A stretch of 64,000 bases of DNA from the human T2T-CHM13v2.0 reference genome, Homo sapiens (GCF_009914755.1 NC_060933.1); one strand, 5' to 3'. Positions 1-21,200 are shown, numbered from the stretch's first letter. Numbers and translations are program-made. Notes: a model not told the origin generated them from the letters alone.

Positions 1-506
1 TGGCAATGCAATAGCTAAATCATTCCCCCTCTTAGAAACACAGATTTTTCCATAATAATGTTATAATGCACAAAGCCTTGTAGTTTGCAAAGCCCTCTCC
101 GCACATGTATTCTCCAGTAAAATGAAGATAAGCGCTGGTTATCCAGATCCCTTGGGAAATGGATCTTTTACCACACCGTGTTTCCATATTATTTTAAGCA
201 CGTCTCTAGAGAAGTCTGGGGGTGTAGCCTAAAGCATTCTGAAAGTCTTGTTTTAGCTTTAAAATTCATATGAATTTTGCATTGTACTTTGTAATTTTTT
301 TTTGCTTTAATAAAACAATAGCTACCTTCTCAAAAAGATTTTAGTAAAATTTAAAATTATATACTAGGAAGATGTCTGCTTGTCCTGTGACATTACTCAT
401 ATTTTTTCCGGTGAATACTTATTTGGCATATGTACGAGCCAGACATGGTCCTTTTCCACCAGAGCTCACAGTACGCTGAAGGAAATAGGTATTCAACTAT
501 CAGACT

Positions 507-791
507 GGCCAGGCGCGGTGGCTCACGCCTGTAATCCCAGCACTTTGGGAGGCTGAGTCCAGCAGATCACTTTAGGCCAAAAGTTTGAGATCAGCCTGGT
601 CAACATGGCGAAACCCTGTCTCTACTAAAAACACAAAAATTAGCCGGGCGTGTTGGTGCACGCCTGTAATCCTAGCTACTCGGGAAGCTGAGGCACGAGA
701 ATGCTTGAACCGGGAGGCGGAGGTTGCAGTGAGCCGAGATCGCGCTACTGCACTCCAGCCTTGGTGTCTCAAAAAACAAACAAACAAATAA
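507..791 (+). mobile_element. AluS element, CpG-rich, small deletion near 3' end
   Basis: GGCCAGGCGCGGTGGCTCACGCC start. TSD aac(t/a)atcagact at 495-506 and 792-803. Confidence 0.92.
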
Positions 792-829
792 AACAATCAG
801 ACTAAGTGCAACTGTGATAAATTCTCAAC

Positions 830-1170
830 TGCAAAGGCGCTAAGGTGCACGGGAAAACCTAATGTGGACTCTGGGACTAGGTAAGGCTTTCTAAGGAAAT
901 GACATTTCAGATCCCCCAGGAGAGGCAGCATTGAGACACTTCCAGGTAAAGGGAAGGAAATGTGAAAAGGCCCAAGCAGGTGGGGCCGAAGTGAGATGAG
1001 ACTGGAGAGGCAGGCAGACTTTGTGGACCGTTTTTAAATAATGATTTTGTCTTATGAGCCTGGAAAGTCAATGAAGGGTTGCCAAGAGTTGGGAGCAGGC
1101 AAGCAGGATCACATTTCCGTTCCTGAAAGATGGCTGAGGTGGTTTGTGAGGAACTGATTCGTGGAGGGTC
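830..1170 (-). mobile_element. Probable ancient L2 fragment
   Basis: Degenerate motifs (ggcttt..aggaa.tgacattt, gagatgagactggagagg) resembling antisense L2. Confidence 0.45.
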
Positions 1171-2054
1171 AGGATCCAGGGCGGAGAGAGTCTGAGCTTA
1201 TCCTACTTAGTGAGTGTTTAGGGTTTTCTGTTTTTGCACTAACTGCTCTTTTGATTGTTTTTAGTTCTTGCCTCTGCTCTCCTGTGTACGCATCTAGGAG
1301 GCTTTCAGAGTGCTTCTCTGTAATAGTTTCTGTTTTGTTACTTTTAATCCACTGCAGTTTTAGGAAGGAAATGAACCCTGTTAGAATTTCAGGTTAAATA
1401 AGAGAATATAGGTTCTGAGTGAGAGGCTCTTTTCTGTGCATACACTTATTGCCATTTGGTTTGCTATCTCAGAGATCTTTCTGCTTATTTTCTACTTTTT
1501 GTGTTGCCTTTCCAGTTAGACTAGGTTCTTAGATGCATGAATAAGGGTTACATTATTGCTTTAATAATATCCTGGAATCTTACCTCGCAGGATTTTTGTG
1601 TAAAGAAAGTTATGTGAAATTTCTCTGCAAAGTATTCAGTGCCATATAAAGAAAGGTAATAATTGTTAGTTATAATGGTAGCTTAGAGACCTCCAAAACT
1701 AATTACTTACCAAATGTTCATATGTGGAAATTTCCCTCCCTCCCCCACCCCCATGAAAAACACATATTCCTATTTCTTCTGGATAGCATGAATCATTGTC
1801 TTAAGTGCTCTTGTTACTCTGTGCCTTCGCTGGCAGGAAACTCAAAGCCAAATTTTCAGATCATTGTAGGAAATGAGTGGATCCATATGGCATGTAGATC
1901 CATGTCTTAATCCCTCCTTTGGTCTTGTTCTATTCTATTTATAGATTTCCTGTGCCTGCTTTATTGATGTTTTTCTTTTTAGTAGATCTCTTATAAGGCA
2001 CTCCAATCCACCACTCCAATCCACCTTCTCCTGTTAACAGGGTCGAAACTGCTA

Positions 2055-2445
<391 letters not shown>

Positions 2446-2616
2446 TTAAAGTAAAGCCTTAACCACCACTGCATGTGCACCTAAAGTCTCCGTGCATGCC
2501 AGTATAAAACCTCATATTATTGGCAAACTTAAGTATGTCTCCCAATGGCTCATAGATAATCTCCTTTAGTTTAATCTCTGAGGTCCCAAACTCCATCAGC
2601 CTACACTATACCAATA

Positions 2617-3031
<415 letters not shown>

Positions 3032-4042
3032 TATATGTTACCGTCACAAGCACTGTTGGTCACTTGGTAAAAGGACAGAGATTCAAAAACTTTTATTCAT
3101 TTAGGGTTATTTTTATCAACAAAGACTTGAAGATTCCATGATTCACTACATCCATTCAAACTCTGCAAGAGTGTGACCATATCTTCCAGCTTTTGATATG
3201 GTTCTGGATAGCTTAAATTAGACATCCTTCTTCTGACATAAGTTGATACTTTTCCTTGATTTCAAGTTCTTTAGTGATTACCCTCTTTCTGTATCAGTCC
3301 TTGAGTTTATGAGCTGAGGTTGTATGTAAGACAAGCATAGAACAACCTTCGGTAATCTGGTTTCTCTTGAGGATTTCAGTTCTGCTAATATTTAATAATC
3401 CAGCATAATTCCTAACATATTGTATAGCCTTTTTGGTCACAGGATTTAAAGTGTATGAAAGAAATACACAATTATGACATGTATGTATCATAAACTTCAA
3501 TAAATTTGCTTGTATATACAGATGCTTATTTCACCAGCTTTTTCTCTGGGCATGAAATCTGTCCAGAGAAATAATGCCCTTCTTTTCTTTTTTATTCTGC
3601 AAACAAGGTCAGGCTCCTTCTCTTTTTCTCCCACTGTGCCCTTTAATGAGTCCAACCAGAATTTTGTACTATGTGTTTATCTGACACATTGGAAGACATT
3701 CTGGTGCCCCATATGGTAATTCTACCTCTGAAAATGAAGTTTTTGAGTAAATAATGTCATGGGAACATATTGACTTTTAAAAATGGTTGTAATCCCATTC
3801 TCTGAACCATACTCCATGGCCAGGGGCTTGGGTTACACTGACTAACTTAAACCAATCAGCTCCCAGTCCTGGAGCTGGGTCAATCCTCCCCAAACCACAT
3901 GGCTGATTGAGGATAGAGCAAGATCTGGTGACTACAAAAAGGGTGAAATGGAAAGAGGGAAACAAAAACACCACCTTCCCTGTTCACCTCAGGCATATAA
4001 TAGTGAAAAACTATAAACTTCAATGTAAATGTACCACAATAA

Positions 4043-4415
<373 letters not shown>

Positions 4416-5654
4416 AGATTTTTTTTAATAACATGGAAAAAGTTAATTTCACATCTTAACTGAAAAAGCCTAGATAAAAAATTCTGTAGATGGATGGCCA
4501 TAACTTTAAAAAATGCACAGAAAAGAATACATCAAAATGTGAATGGTAGCTCACTCAAGTAATAGGGTTATTTTCTTCTTTCTATGTTTCGGTAGCTTAC
4601 GTTTTTTTTTAAACCAACGTACAGATGACCTTAATTTGAAAAACAATAATACTAAGAATGTGGCTGTAAACATTAATACCCCTTACCACCAGATGCCATA
4701 AAAATAATTATTGGGTCACTTTGCATTTCTAAAGCATTTTTTCCAAATTTGATTTATCCTTCAAGGCTTATTTTAAACACCGCATGCTTTAAGAAAATGT
4801 TTTTAGACTAATTTACTCTCATTGAAATACCTTATCTTCTGAGCATTTGTTTGTAGCACTAGGAGCCTCACAGCCTTTGTGGAATGTCAGGATAGAAATA
4901 GATTTTAAAAATGATTAAATTGGTTGCTCATTCCGTTTAACACTTGCTTATATATTTGGTTGTTTCCAAATTTATTTTGACAGTAAAGTAGTTGAATATG
5001 ATGGTCATCTGGTAGGAACACTATAAAATATTGACATATTTAATTCATCCTACAAACCAGGCACAATTTTACCAGAAGAAATTATGACTATGTGGTTTCT
5101 ATATAAAATATGCCATTACAAGTATATTTCCTTGAAAATAAGCTGTGAAATTAAGTGCTCAGCAATTTCAGAATTTTTTCTTTTAACATGTGTTTGCTAC
5201 AGATTTATAACTTTTTGCCATCTTATTAGTAAATCAAGTGGTAGTAAATACCAATGACTGAAGGAAGATGCCTAGAATAAGAATATAAAATTGAGAAAAT
5301 TCCAATAGATATTTTCCTCTTACCAGTTTGTAGACAAAAATTATATATACATGCATGTGTATGTGTATATATATGTTACCATTATTCATTTTTGGCAGGA
5401 GTCCCCCTTGGTGCTGTTTCTAGAATGGCACTGACATATGGACACATGATTTAAAATCACTGCTCTATTCCTGTTTTCTGTTAGGTATTTTGTTCCACGT
5501 TGTTGGTATCACCTCTCCAAGTTGTTTATGAACCCTGAAAGATCAGTGAGCAAATGTCAACTACATTCTCTTAGTATTTCCTCCACTAAATACGTAGCAT
5601 ATTACGGAGTACCCAGGAAGAACTCATCAAATATTTGTTGGCTGACTGATTATA

Positions 5655-5762
5655 CAGACACTCCTTGGTGGAGTTACAGTTTCTACTCAATGCCTATAGC
5701 TTTCCCACCATTGTAAAGTCAAAAAGTCATAAGTTGAACTATGGTATGTTGGGGACTGTCTG
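5655..5762 (+). mobile_element. Short MER47/Tigger5-type element
   Basis: TA|CAGA...GTAAAGTCAAAAAGTCATAAGTTGAAC...GGGGACTGTCTG|TA. Confidence 0.6.
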
Positions 5763-6021
5763 TACTTATTAGCTATCTTTCCAGTTATTCCAGTTAGAGT
5801 GTTCAGGAAGATTATGTAAATAATTTGCCATTAAAACAATTTCCTTTTCATTTGCTGCTATTTTTTATTAGTGTTCAGTAGTGTCCGAAAAAAGTTATAG
5901 ATGTGTCCACTGACTCAAAAATAAGGAGCCTGGTAAGACTTTAAGAGTATATAAAATCAGTGTCAGCAATTTTATCAGATCTTTAACCCTTCTGTCAGAC
6001 AAGGAAATTTTTCCCTCTTTC

Positions 6022-6035
6022 CTCTCTCTCTCTCA

Positions 6036-6068
<33 letters not shown>

Positions 6069-6078
6069 CACACACACT
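6022..6078. repeat. (CT)n-(CA)n microsatellite
   Basis: Read directly from the sequence. Confidence 0.95.
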
Positions 6079-6476
6079 ATAAGTGATATCCTGTGAAATT
6101 CTATTTCATTAAAGCACTACTTCTTGAGAATTTTTTTCCATATGCTTGCACAATATCAGCATTCGGGATGAACAGTAACAATATAGTGAACAGTCATGAC
6201 TATATTTAACATTTCCAGTAGGTAATACTATTTTTAAAAGCTACCAAATGATTAGATCTTCATTCCCCAAACTTTACTAATCTAATATGCGCTAGCTACT
6301 GTAGCAGGCATTTAAAAGTTCAAGCCAAATATCACAAGCTCTATCCTCAACAACTTGTCAACTTGTCTACTTTAAGAAAAATCAGACAGACCTCTAATCA
6401 AATAACTCCAGTGAAGTTTACTGACTGGGATAAAAGACACACAAATGAGAGCCTGACTAAATGGTGTTTTTGTGTT

Positions 6477-9898
<3,422 letters not shown>

Positions 9899-11176
9899 TA
9901 GAAGTCAAGTCTGTAGTTAAATGAGCAGGTTTTCTTCCTCAAAAGGAATTTTGTTTCCTAATTGTAAAAAATATTATGATCACCTGGATGTGATGGTTTC
10001 CATTTAACCAGAAGGCTTGTGAGTTTCTCCCAGGCGAGAAATTGATGTATTTGAAAACACTATGGGCAGACAAATGTGTCTGCTTCCAAAAAAAGAATAG
10101 AGATCATCTTCCTAAATGGATGAAACTTCTGAAAGTTCAAAAGAAATGACTTAGTGTCTTTGACATTTTCTATCAAACAGAAAACTGACTTTTGAAAAGG
10201 GACATTAGTCAGTATAAACTGTTAAAAAAAATCCACATTTTCTGCTTTTATTTTATTCCTCAGAGAAACTTATCCTTCTTCTGCCTTCTACCTCAAACTC
10301 ATATCTTTTTATTAAATCTGACTGTGGAGATGCTTCTAAGTTAGGTCAGTTTTGCTATGGATTGAATTTTGAGAGCGCTTTTTAATTTCAACATTCACAC
10401 AGCCGAGCACTGCTAAATTGAATAGGCTGTGGTTATGGGAACTGCAGGAACTGAGATGGAACCAAGAAATCTGTTACTGGAGAAACCTTTTGAGTGTGGA
10501 CAGATTTTAAGTCACTCTTAATAAGATATGGTAGGTTAAGGAATAACATGTTGTGGGATTCCGGAAAGCAGCTTTTCACCCTTCCTTGCCGTTTGGGAAT
10601 TATTTTCGTCCTCACACCACTGCAAACTTAATCAAGAAAACAGAATTTAAATGGGTCTCAGTGAGCTGTGTAGCATACATCTGAAACTCGTGCAACTATA
10701 AAATTCTTTTGCCAAGTGGATAGTTAGGGCTGTATTAGTAGCATGCTTCTCAAAGAGCATCAAGTATGCATTTTAATTCTATTTGCATAGAACAAAGAAT
10801 AATCCCTTAGGCTTCTGTATACTCTGCTAAAAAAAAAAAAAAAGTTGGGGGGGGCGGTGGGGAGGTTGAGAGATTTCAGCTATAGTTTCTCTTGATCAAT
10901 TTTGAATCTTAAATAGGAAGTGATGTTTTTCCCAAGTCTTCCATGGATCACTAGTTCTGGGGGAAGACAGTAGTTATCATGTGGGAAAAAAAGGTTTCAG
11001 GATCAAATACATCTGGAGAACTCTGGAGTAAGCTAAATTGGACAGGTTTTTGTTTTTGTTTTTAAATTGCAGGGCCTCTAGGAGACTTTAATTATAAATT
11101 TCTAAGAGGGAACGAGAGATGATGGAATTACCAAACTTACAGTGTTCCTTTCGCAAGAAATTTTTTGAGGGACAGG

Positions 11177-11421
11177 CAAGGGTGTGTTATGACTTCTGTG
11201 GGCCCCTTGCTCCACAAGCAAATATTAAAGATTATATTTTATAAATGGGTTGGTATAAAGATGAATATATTAATAGTCTATAATAAAACATTTTATCTGA
11301 CCTAAAAGTTCATTTTCTTTTTGCTTCCAATTTTAAAGGAAATTAAAACATTTTCGTGGGCCCCTGCAAGTATTGTGCCTAGGCAATGTACCTACTCTGT
11401 CTAATAGGTAAGTCGACCCTG
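11177..11421 (-). mobile_element. hAT-Tip100-type MITE (ORSL-like)
   Basis: GGGCCC-containing subterminal motifs, AAAACATTTTCGTGGGCCCC, CCCTG end. Name is from a remembered consensus. Confidence 0.55.
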
Positions 11422-11574
11422 GGTCTAGGTATTACACAGGAGGAATGAGTCACTGCAATAAACCTACAAAATGGAATCTAGAAACACACTATGGCATTTC
11501 ATCTGAGGTACTGAGATTGTGGCCGCAGGGTCGCTTTTTTTCTTCATGCAATGCTCACTGAAGAAAGAAGTCTA

Positions 11575-11617
11575 ACACACACACACACACACACACACAC
11601 GCACGCACACACACACA
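11575..11617. repeat. (CA)n microsatellite with CG interruptions
   Basis: Read directly from the sequence. Confidence 0.95.
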
Positions 11618-12112
11618 GTGGCAAAAAGTAGACTGTGGCAAATCTCCATGTTATTGATTCTATGTGAGCTCTACTCATTCAGTATGTTCCCTTAAGCTAA
11701 AATACTACGTCTCTTTTCAGTGTTTTCAATGTAAATCTATATGCGGTTAGATGAACTAGCTGGAAAAGGAGATTCTTAGTTACTCATTTCTACGTATGAA
11801 TCTAAATATTCATTCATGCTCAGAGCATCTTTGAGAGGAAAAGTTCCACAGCTGAAACTGATGTCACCAATCTTTATTATGGATAAGACTTTCAATTTAT
11901 GGTTCTATTATTTTGTCACAGTGAACTTACTGGCTAGGGATATTGAGAGATGAACATTATTAATCCTTCTTTGACAAGCAAAGTCTGGGTAAGAAGCTGT
12001 GGGTAATGCTCACAGTGGGTTGGACATGATACCAAATTTGACTTTTGGCCATGTTAACCAAATTTCCAAAGACTGATGATTCGTCTTGAAAGATAAATTA
12101 GTAAAAGGGAAG

Positions 12113-12473
12113 TGATATAGTTTGGATATTTGTCCCTGCCCAAATCTTGTGTTGAAATGTAATCTCCAGTGTTGGAGGTGGAGCCTGGTGCGAGGTGTTG
12201 GGTCATGGGGGCAGATGCCTCATGGCTTGGTGCTGTCCTTGTGATAGTGAGTTCTCACGAGATCTGGTTGTTGTAAGTGTAGCACCTCCCCTGTCATTCT
12301 CTCTCTTGTCTTTACCTTCTGCCATGAGCAAAAGCTTTCTGAGGTTACCCCAGAAGCAGATGCTGGCGCCACGCTTCCTGTACAGCCTGTAGAACTATGA
12401 GCCAATTAAACATCTTTTCTTATAAATTACCCGGTCTCAGGTATTTATAACAATGCAAAAACAGCCTAATACA
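12113..12473 (+). mobile_element. MST (MaLR) solo LTR
   Basis: TGATATAGTTTGG...CCAATTAAA...CTAATACA. 5 bp TSD (g/t)gaag. Confidence 0.88.
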
Positions 12474-12599
12474 TGAAGTTTTGATATAGTCTAGGGATGT
12501 TCAACTCAGAACAGTATTATTTGGTTTCTCTACTGAGAGTACATTTACTAAAAAAAAAAAAAAAAAAAAAAAGTTGCCATTTCTTGGCTCAGGAGCAGA

Positions 12600-13740
<1,141 letters not shown>

Positions 13741-13914
13741 AAACATTTTAGACTTTTTGTTATGCAAATGCACAAAGACATATGTGTATATTCAATGTAG
13801 TATTGTTGATAATAATGAGGAATTGCTAACCAAAATGATTATCACTCGGCAATTGATTAAATAAATTTTAGTATACCAAAAAAGGAATATTATAAAACAT
13901 TAAAACAAATGTGA

Positions 13915-14270
<356 letters not shown>

Positions 14271-17200
14271 ATATCCACAATATACTGTTAACTGAAAACT
14301 CAAGTTACAAAACAGTATGTTTAGACTGATCCCATTATTATCTTAAAAATATTAAATATTCATCCAAAAAATTTGGAGTAATATATAGCAAACTGTAATA
14401 GTAGCACACTCTCCATCATAAATACCTACAACAGTTGAAACTTTTATAATAAGCATTTATTATTCTTGTACTCAGAAAAAAGTCATTTAAAATTTTTTTA
14501 AAGCTTTTAAAAAAATGACCATTCAGAAATTCTAGTAGAATTATATTTTTCCTAAAAGTTTTTTTTCTCTCTCAGGCCCAATTAAGCACTGGATCTCTTG
14601 TGGCATTGAAACATACAGCAAGAGAGTTTGTGGCCCATCAGCTTTTTTTCCATATACCTGTCCTCTCTATGGCTGCTAGTGTGAGATGGAATTGAGATCA
14701 TTACCACCCTTGGCTTAAAAACTCATCTAGAGTACCTTTATTAAAATCAGAAACCTGAACTCTATCATTAGCATGAGATTTCTCTGCTGCTGTAGACTTA
14801 GTAGCAATTGTTAATGAGTCACACTATATAATCATAAAAAAGATTAACAATTCTCCTTATAGAAATTTTGGTAAATATAAAATAATTAAAAGAACAAAAT
14901 TACTCATAGCTCCTTCGCTCAAAGCAACTACTGTTAGCATGTAACATTTTTAACATTTTAAAAATTCATTTTTCGCCATGTCTCCATTTTTACAAATATG
15001 TGATCATATTCGGTAAACAATTTTGCATCTTGCTTTCATTATTTAGCACATTTAATCACATTATTTTAGAAATTTCTCTGTAAACATCATCTTAATGGTT
15101 ATTTAATATTTAATAATTTATCTAATAACCTTCTGAGAAGCTTGACATTTAAGTAGTTTCCAAGTTTTCATTGATAAAAGAAATTATTAGTGAACATCTT
15201 TGTGCATAAAGCTTTTTATTTTCCAGGTTTTCCCATTAGGGAAGTTACTAGAAGTGGTACTGCTATTGAAGAATGCAAGACTCTTGATACAAATGGCGAA
15301 ACTGCTTATTCTAACTTACACTCCCACCAGTAATGAGAAAGGGTGCCTGTTTCATTATACCCATTATTCATTTGATATTATCAGTAAAAACAAAACCAAA
15401 ATTTGGTAGGTATAAATTGAAGTCTTTTTTAAAATTTGTATTTCTTTGCTACAGGACTGAATATTTTTCTGCCACATCTGTTACCCACCTTTTTTCCTTT
15501 GGTCAGTGTGTGTGTGTTTGTGTGTATACTTTCTGTTCATGTCTTTTACCTATTCATCTACTGGGTAAAAGAGTTTTTATAACTTATCGAGTTGCAAGAA
15601 TTCTTCACATAGCCAAGGTATTCATAAATATACATACTTTAAATTTTGATATAATCCTAAACTTAAAGAGAAAGTTGTAAGTATAATATAAAGAACTACA
15701 AAAATCATTTTTGTCTGCAGCATTTTCTGCAAATGTTGCCGCCAGTTATAGTTTTTCTTTCGTTAGGATTTTGTTTAAAATTTAGCCTGAAAATGTGAGT
15801 TTATTGGGCTTTTAAAATCACAATTATTTAATCCTTTCTAAGATACATAGTCCTCTCCTCTAGGAAAATTCAATATTAAATTATATTTTTGTCAAAATCT
15901 TTTTAAGTAATTTGACTTAGTTTATATATCCTTTTAGTCCATTCAAAAATGAAAGATGAGGCTCTACACTGATTTTTTCCAAAATATTTAGTAATAATTG
16001 TTTCCCCAAAGTTTTACTGAATAATCTTTTGTTACTGGTTTTTAATGTCCCATGGATCACATATGAAATTCTCCTAGACAGCGATTATTTTGCAGATGTA
16101 TCTGCCTACTCCCATGTCTATACTATAGTTCTTGAATTATTATAGCTTTAGACGTAGCTATTCTCCACTAATACAGCCACTTATTTATTTTTCCAAACTT
16201 TATAATTATGTTGTAAAGAAAATGTGGCTTTCATTGGCATTGAGTTATACAAATAAGAATTTGCTCTCTCATTGAAGAATGTCATATCTCTTCTTTTGTA
16301 CCTTTCAGCAGTTTTGTGGTTTTCTTTGTATAGGTCCTTCATGTTTCCTAGGATATTAGGTTATATTGTGGATGGAATCTCTTCCTCTTGCATTTTATTA
16401 TGTTTGTAACTAATTTTTGCTACTATATTAAGAAGAAACAAAAATGTTATAGAACAAACAAAAATCATTTACCCTTAAAAAATAGAGAGAATGCCTAGCT
16501 TTAATTTATGTTACCTCTAGGTGCACTCACTCTTCAAGGTAACACATGTGTAAAATGTACCTGTGGACAACTGAGTAGGTTAACTTGTGTGGGATTATTA
16601 CTTTACATTTTGTAAGTATTGGGAAAGCCTTCAATAATTATTAACTTTGTTCCAGAATAACTTGTCCAATATACCTTTATTGTAGCAATAATCAGACAGA
16701 AGAGTTAGTTCTCTTTAAAGCCACTCTTGGTTTGAGATAACAAAATCATAGTGTCTACACATAAAATAATGCTTGTCTTGCTTTTTCTTTGGTTTTATCT
16801 GTTCTATTCAGCTCATCCCCAAATCGTAAATTTGTTTAAAAACAAGCTAAAAAGCAAACCTGTCTTATTCCTGTTGGAAAATTTAGCTGTCTGCCAAGGG
16901 CTCATTTCTTCTGAGTCTAACTCTTGTAGCAGTATAGTGTGGGTAGGTTCAGTATGGTAGTACAGTATAGGTGGGTTGCTCAATGAAGCTAGGCTATGTG
17001 CATGCAGCTGGCCTAGAACCAGTTCCCATCTGTAGAATCATAAACCAGAGCACAAAAATCAGTGACATAGTCTAACATCCCTCGAGATTTCTCCTCATGG
17101 GAGTAAAGAGTATAATGGAGACCTGAGGTGAACTAGTCATGCCTAAAAGCCATCTGCTTCCTAGGAGGTTCATCAAACTGTCCGGGAGAGCTAGATTTAG

Positions 17201-18239
17201 AGTTTTGAAGGGTGGCCAGTGGAAGAAAAGATAAGAGTTTTATATTTTCCATTATTTGCTAGAGTTAACATCTGTGCCAATTTAAATCTGTACATTCACC
17301 AGGAAAAATCTACCAACCGTGATGAATAAGTATATTTTCTCTTTGTTTTTTTTTTGTCCATTAGATGAAACTTTACCAAATGTATTGGCAAATTACATTT
17401 TTAGAAATATTAAAAACATTCCAATTGGATTTCAGAATCAAATGTTCACTTGGCCAATTTTATAAGACTTTAAGGTTTTAGAAAATATTTTAATAGTTCT
17501 CTTAAATCAATTTTCAAGTTTTCCACAGTCTATACTAAAAATTCAACATTTTCTACTATTTAAGACTATATTATGTGGACAAATTTATGTATTATGATGT
17601 TAAGTGAAAACAAGCAAAATCAAGTATGTTGTTTTTATATTTATTTTTATGTAGCAAAATGTGTTAAAAATAATGTTACTGCACAAAAGTGATAGTAATT
17701 GTTGTTAAGATTGTGGAACTCAAGTGATTTTTTTTTCTGTTTTTCAAATGTTTAAATGTTATGTTACCTCCATAACTAAATAAATGTGACGTTTACATAT
17801 TTTATCATTGATTTAATTTAAAAAAAAAGCACTCAGAAAGAAAAATATTTTTATAATCTTTCACTGTACTTATATGTTCAACAGAATTCAAATTAGGGCC
17901 ACATGATCAAGATAAACAGATCAAGAAGTCACCTTAAAATACTTTCAATTTTATTAATGTTCCCAATTATCACTTGTTCTATTAAGCAAAGATGATATAG
18001 TCTTAAATTTAATATAACAATTCCAATGTACTACATAATCACACCTACCTATGTCTGTCAAACACTTATTAAAATAGTAAGCCAAATTATGTTACCCTCT
18101 ATTAATTAGTCTTTGTATGGTTTGCTTCCCAAGGAAGCTACCACATACTTGATCAGGGGTTACAAACTAGCAGCTGCAGACTGTTTGGAGCTAGGAAGGC
18201 AGTTGGATGGTTTGTTACCTCCCACAGTGTTTTTTAATT

Positions 18240-21200
18240 AATTAATTAGATAAATAAAAATTATATATATTTATCATGTATGGCATATTTTGAAATATTT
18301 ATACACTATGGTATAGCTAAATCAAGCTGACTAGCATCTGTATTACCTCATGTACTTATCATTTTTGTGTGAAAACACTTAAAATCTACTCTCAGCAATG
18401 TTCATGAATACAATACATTGACTATAGTCAGCATGTTGTACAATAGATTTCTTGAACTTAGTACTCCTAGCTAACTGAAATTTTATATCCTTTGACTAAC
18501 ATCTCCCCAACACCTCCCACTCCCCATGCAGCCCCTGATAGCTACCATTCTATCCTCTGTTTCTATGAGTTCGACCTTTTTAGATTTCCATGTATAAAAG
18601 AGATCATACAAACTTTGTCTTTGTGTCTGGCTTATTTTACATAACATAAAGTCCTCCAGGTTACTCCATGTTGTGGTAAATAAAGTATTTCCTTCTTTTT
18701 AAAAGGCTGAATAGTGTTCCATTCTGTAAATATACAACATTTTATTTAGCCATTCATCCACTGCTGGACATTTAGTTTGCTTCCACATTTTAGTTATTGT
18801 AAGTAATTGTAAATAATGCCTCAATGAACACGGGAGTGTAGCTATCCCTCCAACACACTGATTTCATATCCTTTGGATAATTACCCAGAAGTGGTATTGC
18901 TGACTCATATGGTAGTTCTAGTTCTAATTTACTGAGAAAGTTCCATACTGTTTTCCATGATGGTTGTACTAATTTACACTCCCCCCAACAATGTGCAAGG
19001 ATTCCCCTTTCTCCACATCCTCACCAACATTTGTTATCTTTCCTCATTTTGAAAATATCCTCTCTAACAGGTGTGAGATGATATCTCATTGTAGTTTTAA
19101 TTTGAATTAACCTGATGATTAGTGATGTTGAGCATTTCTTCATATACCTGCTGTATTTGTCTGTTCTCTCACTGCTTATAAAGGAACACCTGACACTGGG
19201 TCATTTAGAAAGAAAAGAGGTTTAATTGGCTCATGATTTTGCAGGCTGTACAGGAAGCATGGCAGGATCTGGTAGGCTTCCGCAGAGGCCTCAGGAAGCT
19301 TCCAATAATGGCAGAAGGCAAAGGGAAGCAGGCACATCTTACATGGCCAGAGCAGGAGGAAGAGAGAGGGAGGAAGCGCCACACACTTTTAAACCAGCTC
19401 TCCCGGGAACTCACTCACTCACTGTCACAAGAACAGAACGGAGGGAATGATACTAGCCCACTCATGAGAACTCTGCCCTCAAGATCAAATCACCTCTCAC
19501 TAGACCCCACCTCTTAACACTGGGGATTACAATTTGACATGAAATTTGGTGGGGACACAGACCCAAACCATATCACCTGCTGGCCATTTGTATATCTTCT
19601 TCTGAGAAATGTTTATTCAGATCCTTTGCCCGTTTTTAAAAATGGGATTATATGACTTTTTGCTGTTGAGTTGTTTCAGTTCCTTATATTCTGGATATTA
19701 GTCCCTTCTCAAACAAATCATTTACAATATTTTCTCCCATTATACAACTTATCACTTCACTCTGTTGAATGTTTTCTTTGCTGTGCAGAAGTTTTTAACA
19801 TTGTCTAGTTTGTCTACTTTTCATTATTGCCCTTGCTTTTGAAGTCTTAATCATAAAACTTTGCCTAGATTAATGTCCTGAAGTGTTGTCCCTATGTTTT
19901 CTTCTAGTAGTTTTATAGTTTTGGGTGTTATGCTTAATTCTTTAATCCACTTTGAGTTGACTTTTGTATATGGTGAGAGATAGGGGTCTAGTTTCATTCC
20001 CCATCCAGTTTCCCCAGCACAATTTATCAAAGAGGATGCTCTTTCCTCAATGTGTGTTCTGGGAAGCTTTGTCAAAAATCAGTTGGCTATAAATATGTAC
20101 ATTTATATCTGAGTTCTCTATTCTGCTTCATTGTCCCACATGTCTGTTTTTATACCAATACCATGCTGTTTTAGTTACTATATATATCTTTGTAGTATAT
20201 TTTGAAGTTGGGTAGTGTGATGCCTCCCGTCAGGTAGTGTGATACCTCAGAATTGCTTTGGCTATTCTGGCTCTTTTTTGGTTACATACAAGTATTATAA
20301 TTTTTTTTCTATTTCTGTGAAGGATGTCACTGGTATTTTGATAGAGATTGCATTGAATCTGTAGATTGCTTTGGTCATTTTAAGAATTTTAATTCTTCTG
20401 ATCCATGAGCATCGGATATCTTTTCATTTGTTTGTGTCCTCTTCAATTTCTTTAACCCGTGTTTTGTGATTTCCCTTATGTAGATCTGTTACATTTTTGG
20501 GTAAATAGATTTTTAGGTATTTTTGTTCTTTGTAGCTAGCTGTTGTAAATTGGAATTGCTTTCTTGATTTCTTTTTCAGATAGTTCATTATTGGTGTGTA
20601 CAACATTACTGATTTTTGTATCCTGGAACTTTACTGAATTAATTTATCAGTTATAAAAGTTTTTTTGCTGGAGACTTTAGGTTTCTCTATGTATAAGGTC
20701 ATACTGTCAGCAAAGAGGGATAATTTGACTTCCTATTTTTTAATTAGGATGCCTTTTATTTCTTTCTCTTGCTGAATTTCTCTGGCTAGGACTTCCAATA
20801 GTATGTTAAATGAGAGAGGTGAAAGTGTGTATCCTTGACTTGTTTTAGTTCTTAAAGGAAAAGCTTTCATCTTTTCCACATTCAGTTTGATGTCATTTGT
20901 GGGCTTGTTGTATATAGTCTTTATTATGTTGAGGTATGTTTCTTCTATGCCTAATTTTTTTAGAGTTTTTAGCATGAAGGGATGTTGGCTTTTATAAAAT
21001 GCATCTTCAGCATCTATTGAAATGATCATATGGTATTTGTCCTTCATTCTCTTGATGTGATATATCACATATATTGATTTGCATATGTTGAAACATTCTG
21101 GCATCCCTGGTATATATCTCACTTGATCATGGTGCATTATCTTTTTGCTATGTTGTTGGATTAGGTTAGCTAGTATTTGGTTGAGGATTTTTGTGTCTCT

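Noticed and set aside
12550-12572. A23 tract as an orphan retroposed tail
   Set aside because: No flanking TSD and no adjoining retroposed body are visible.
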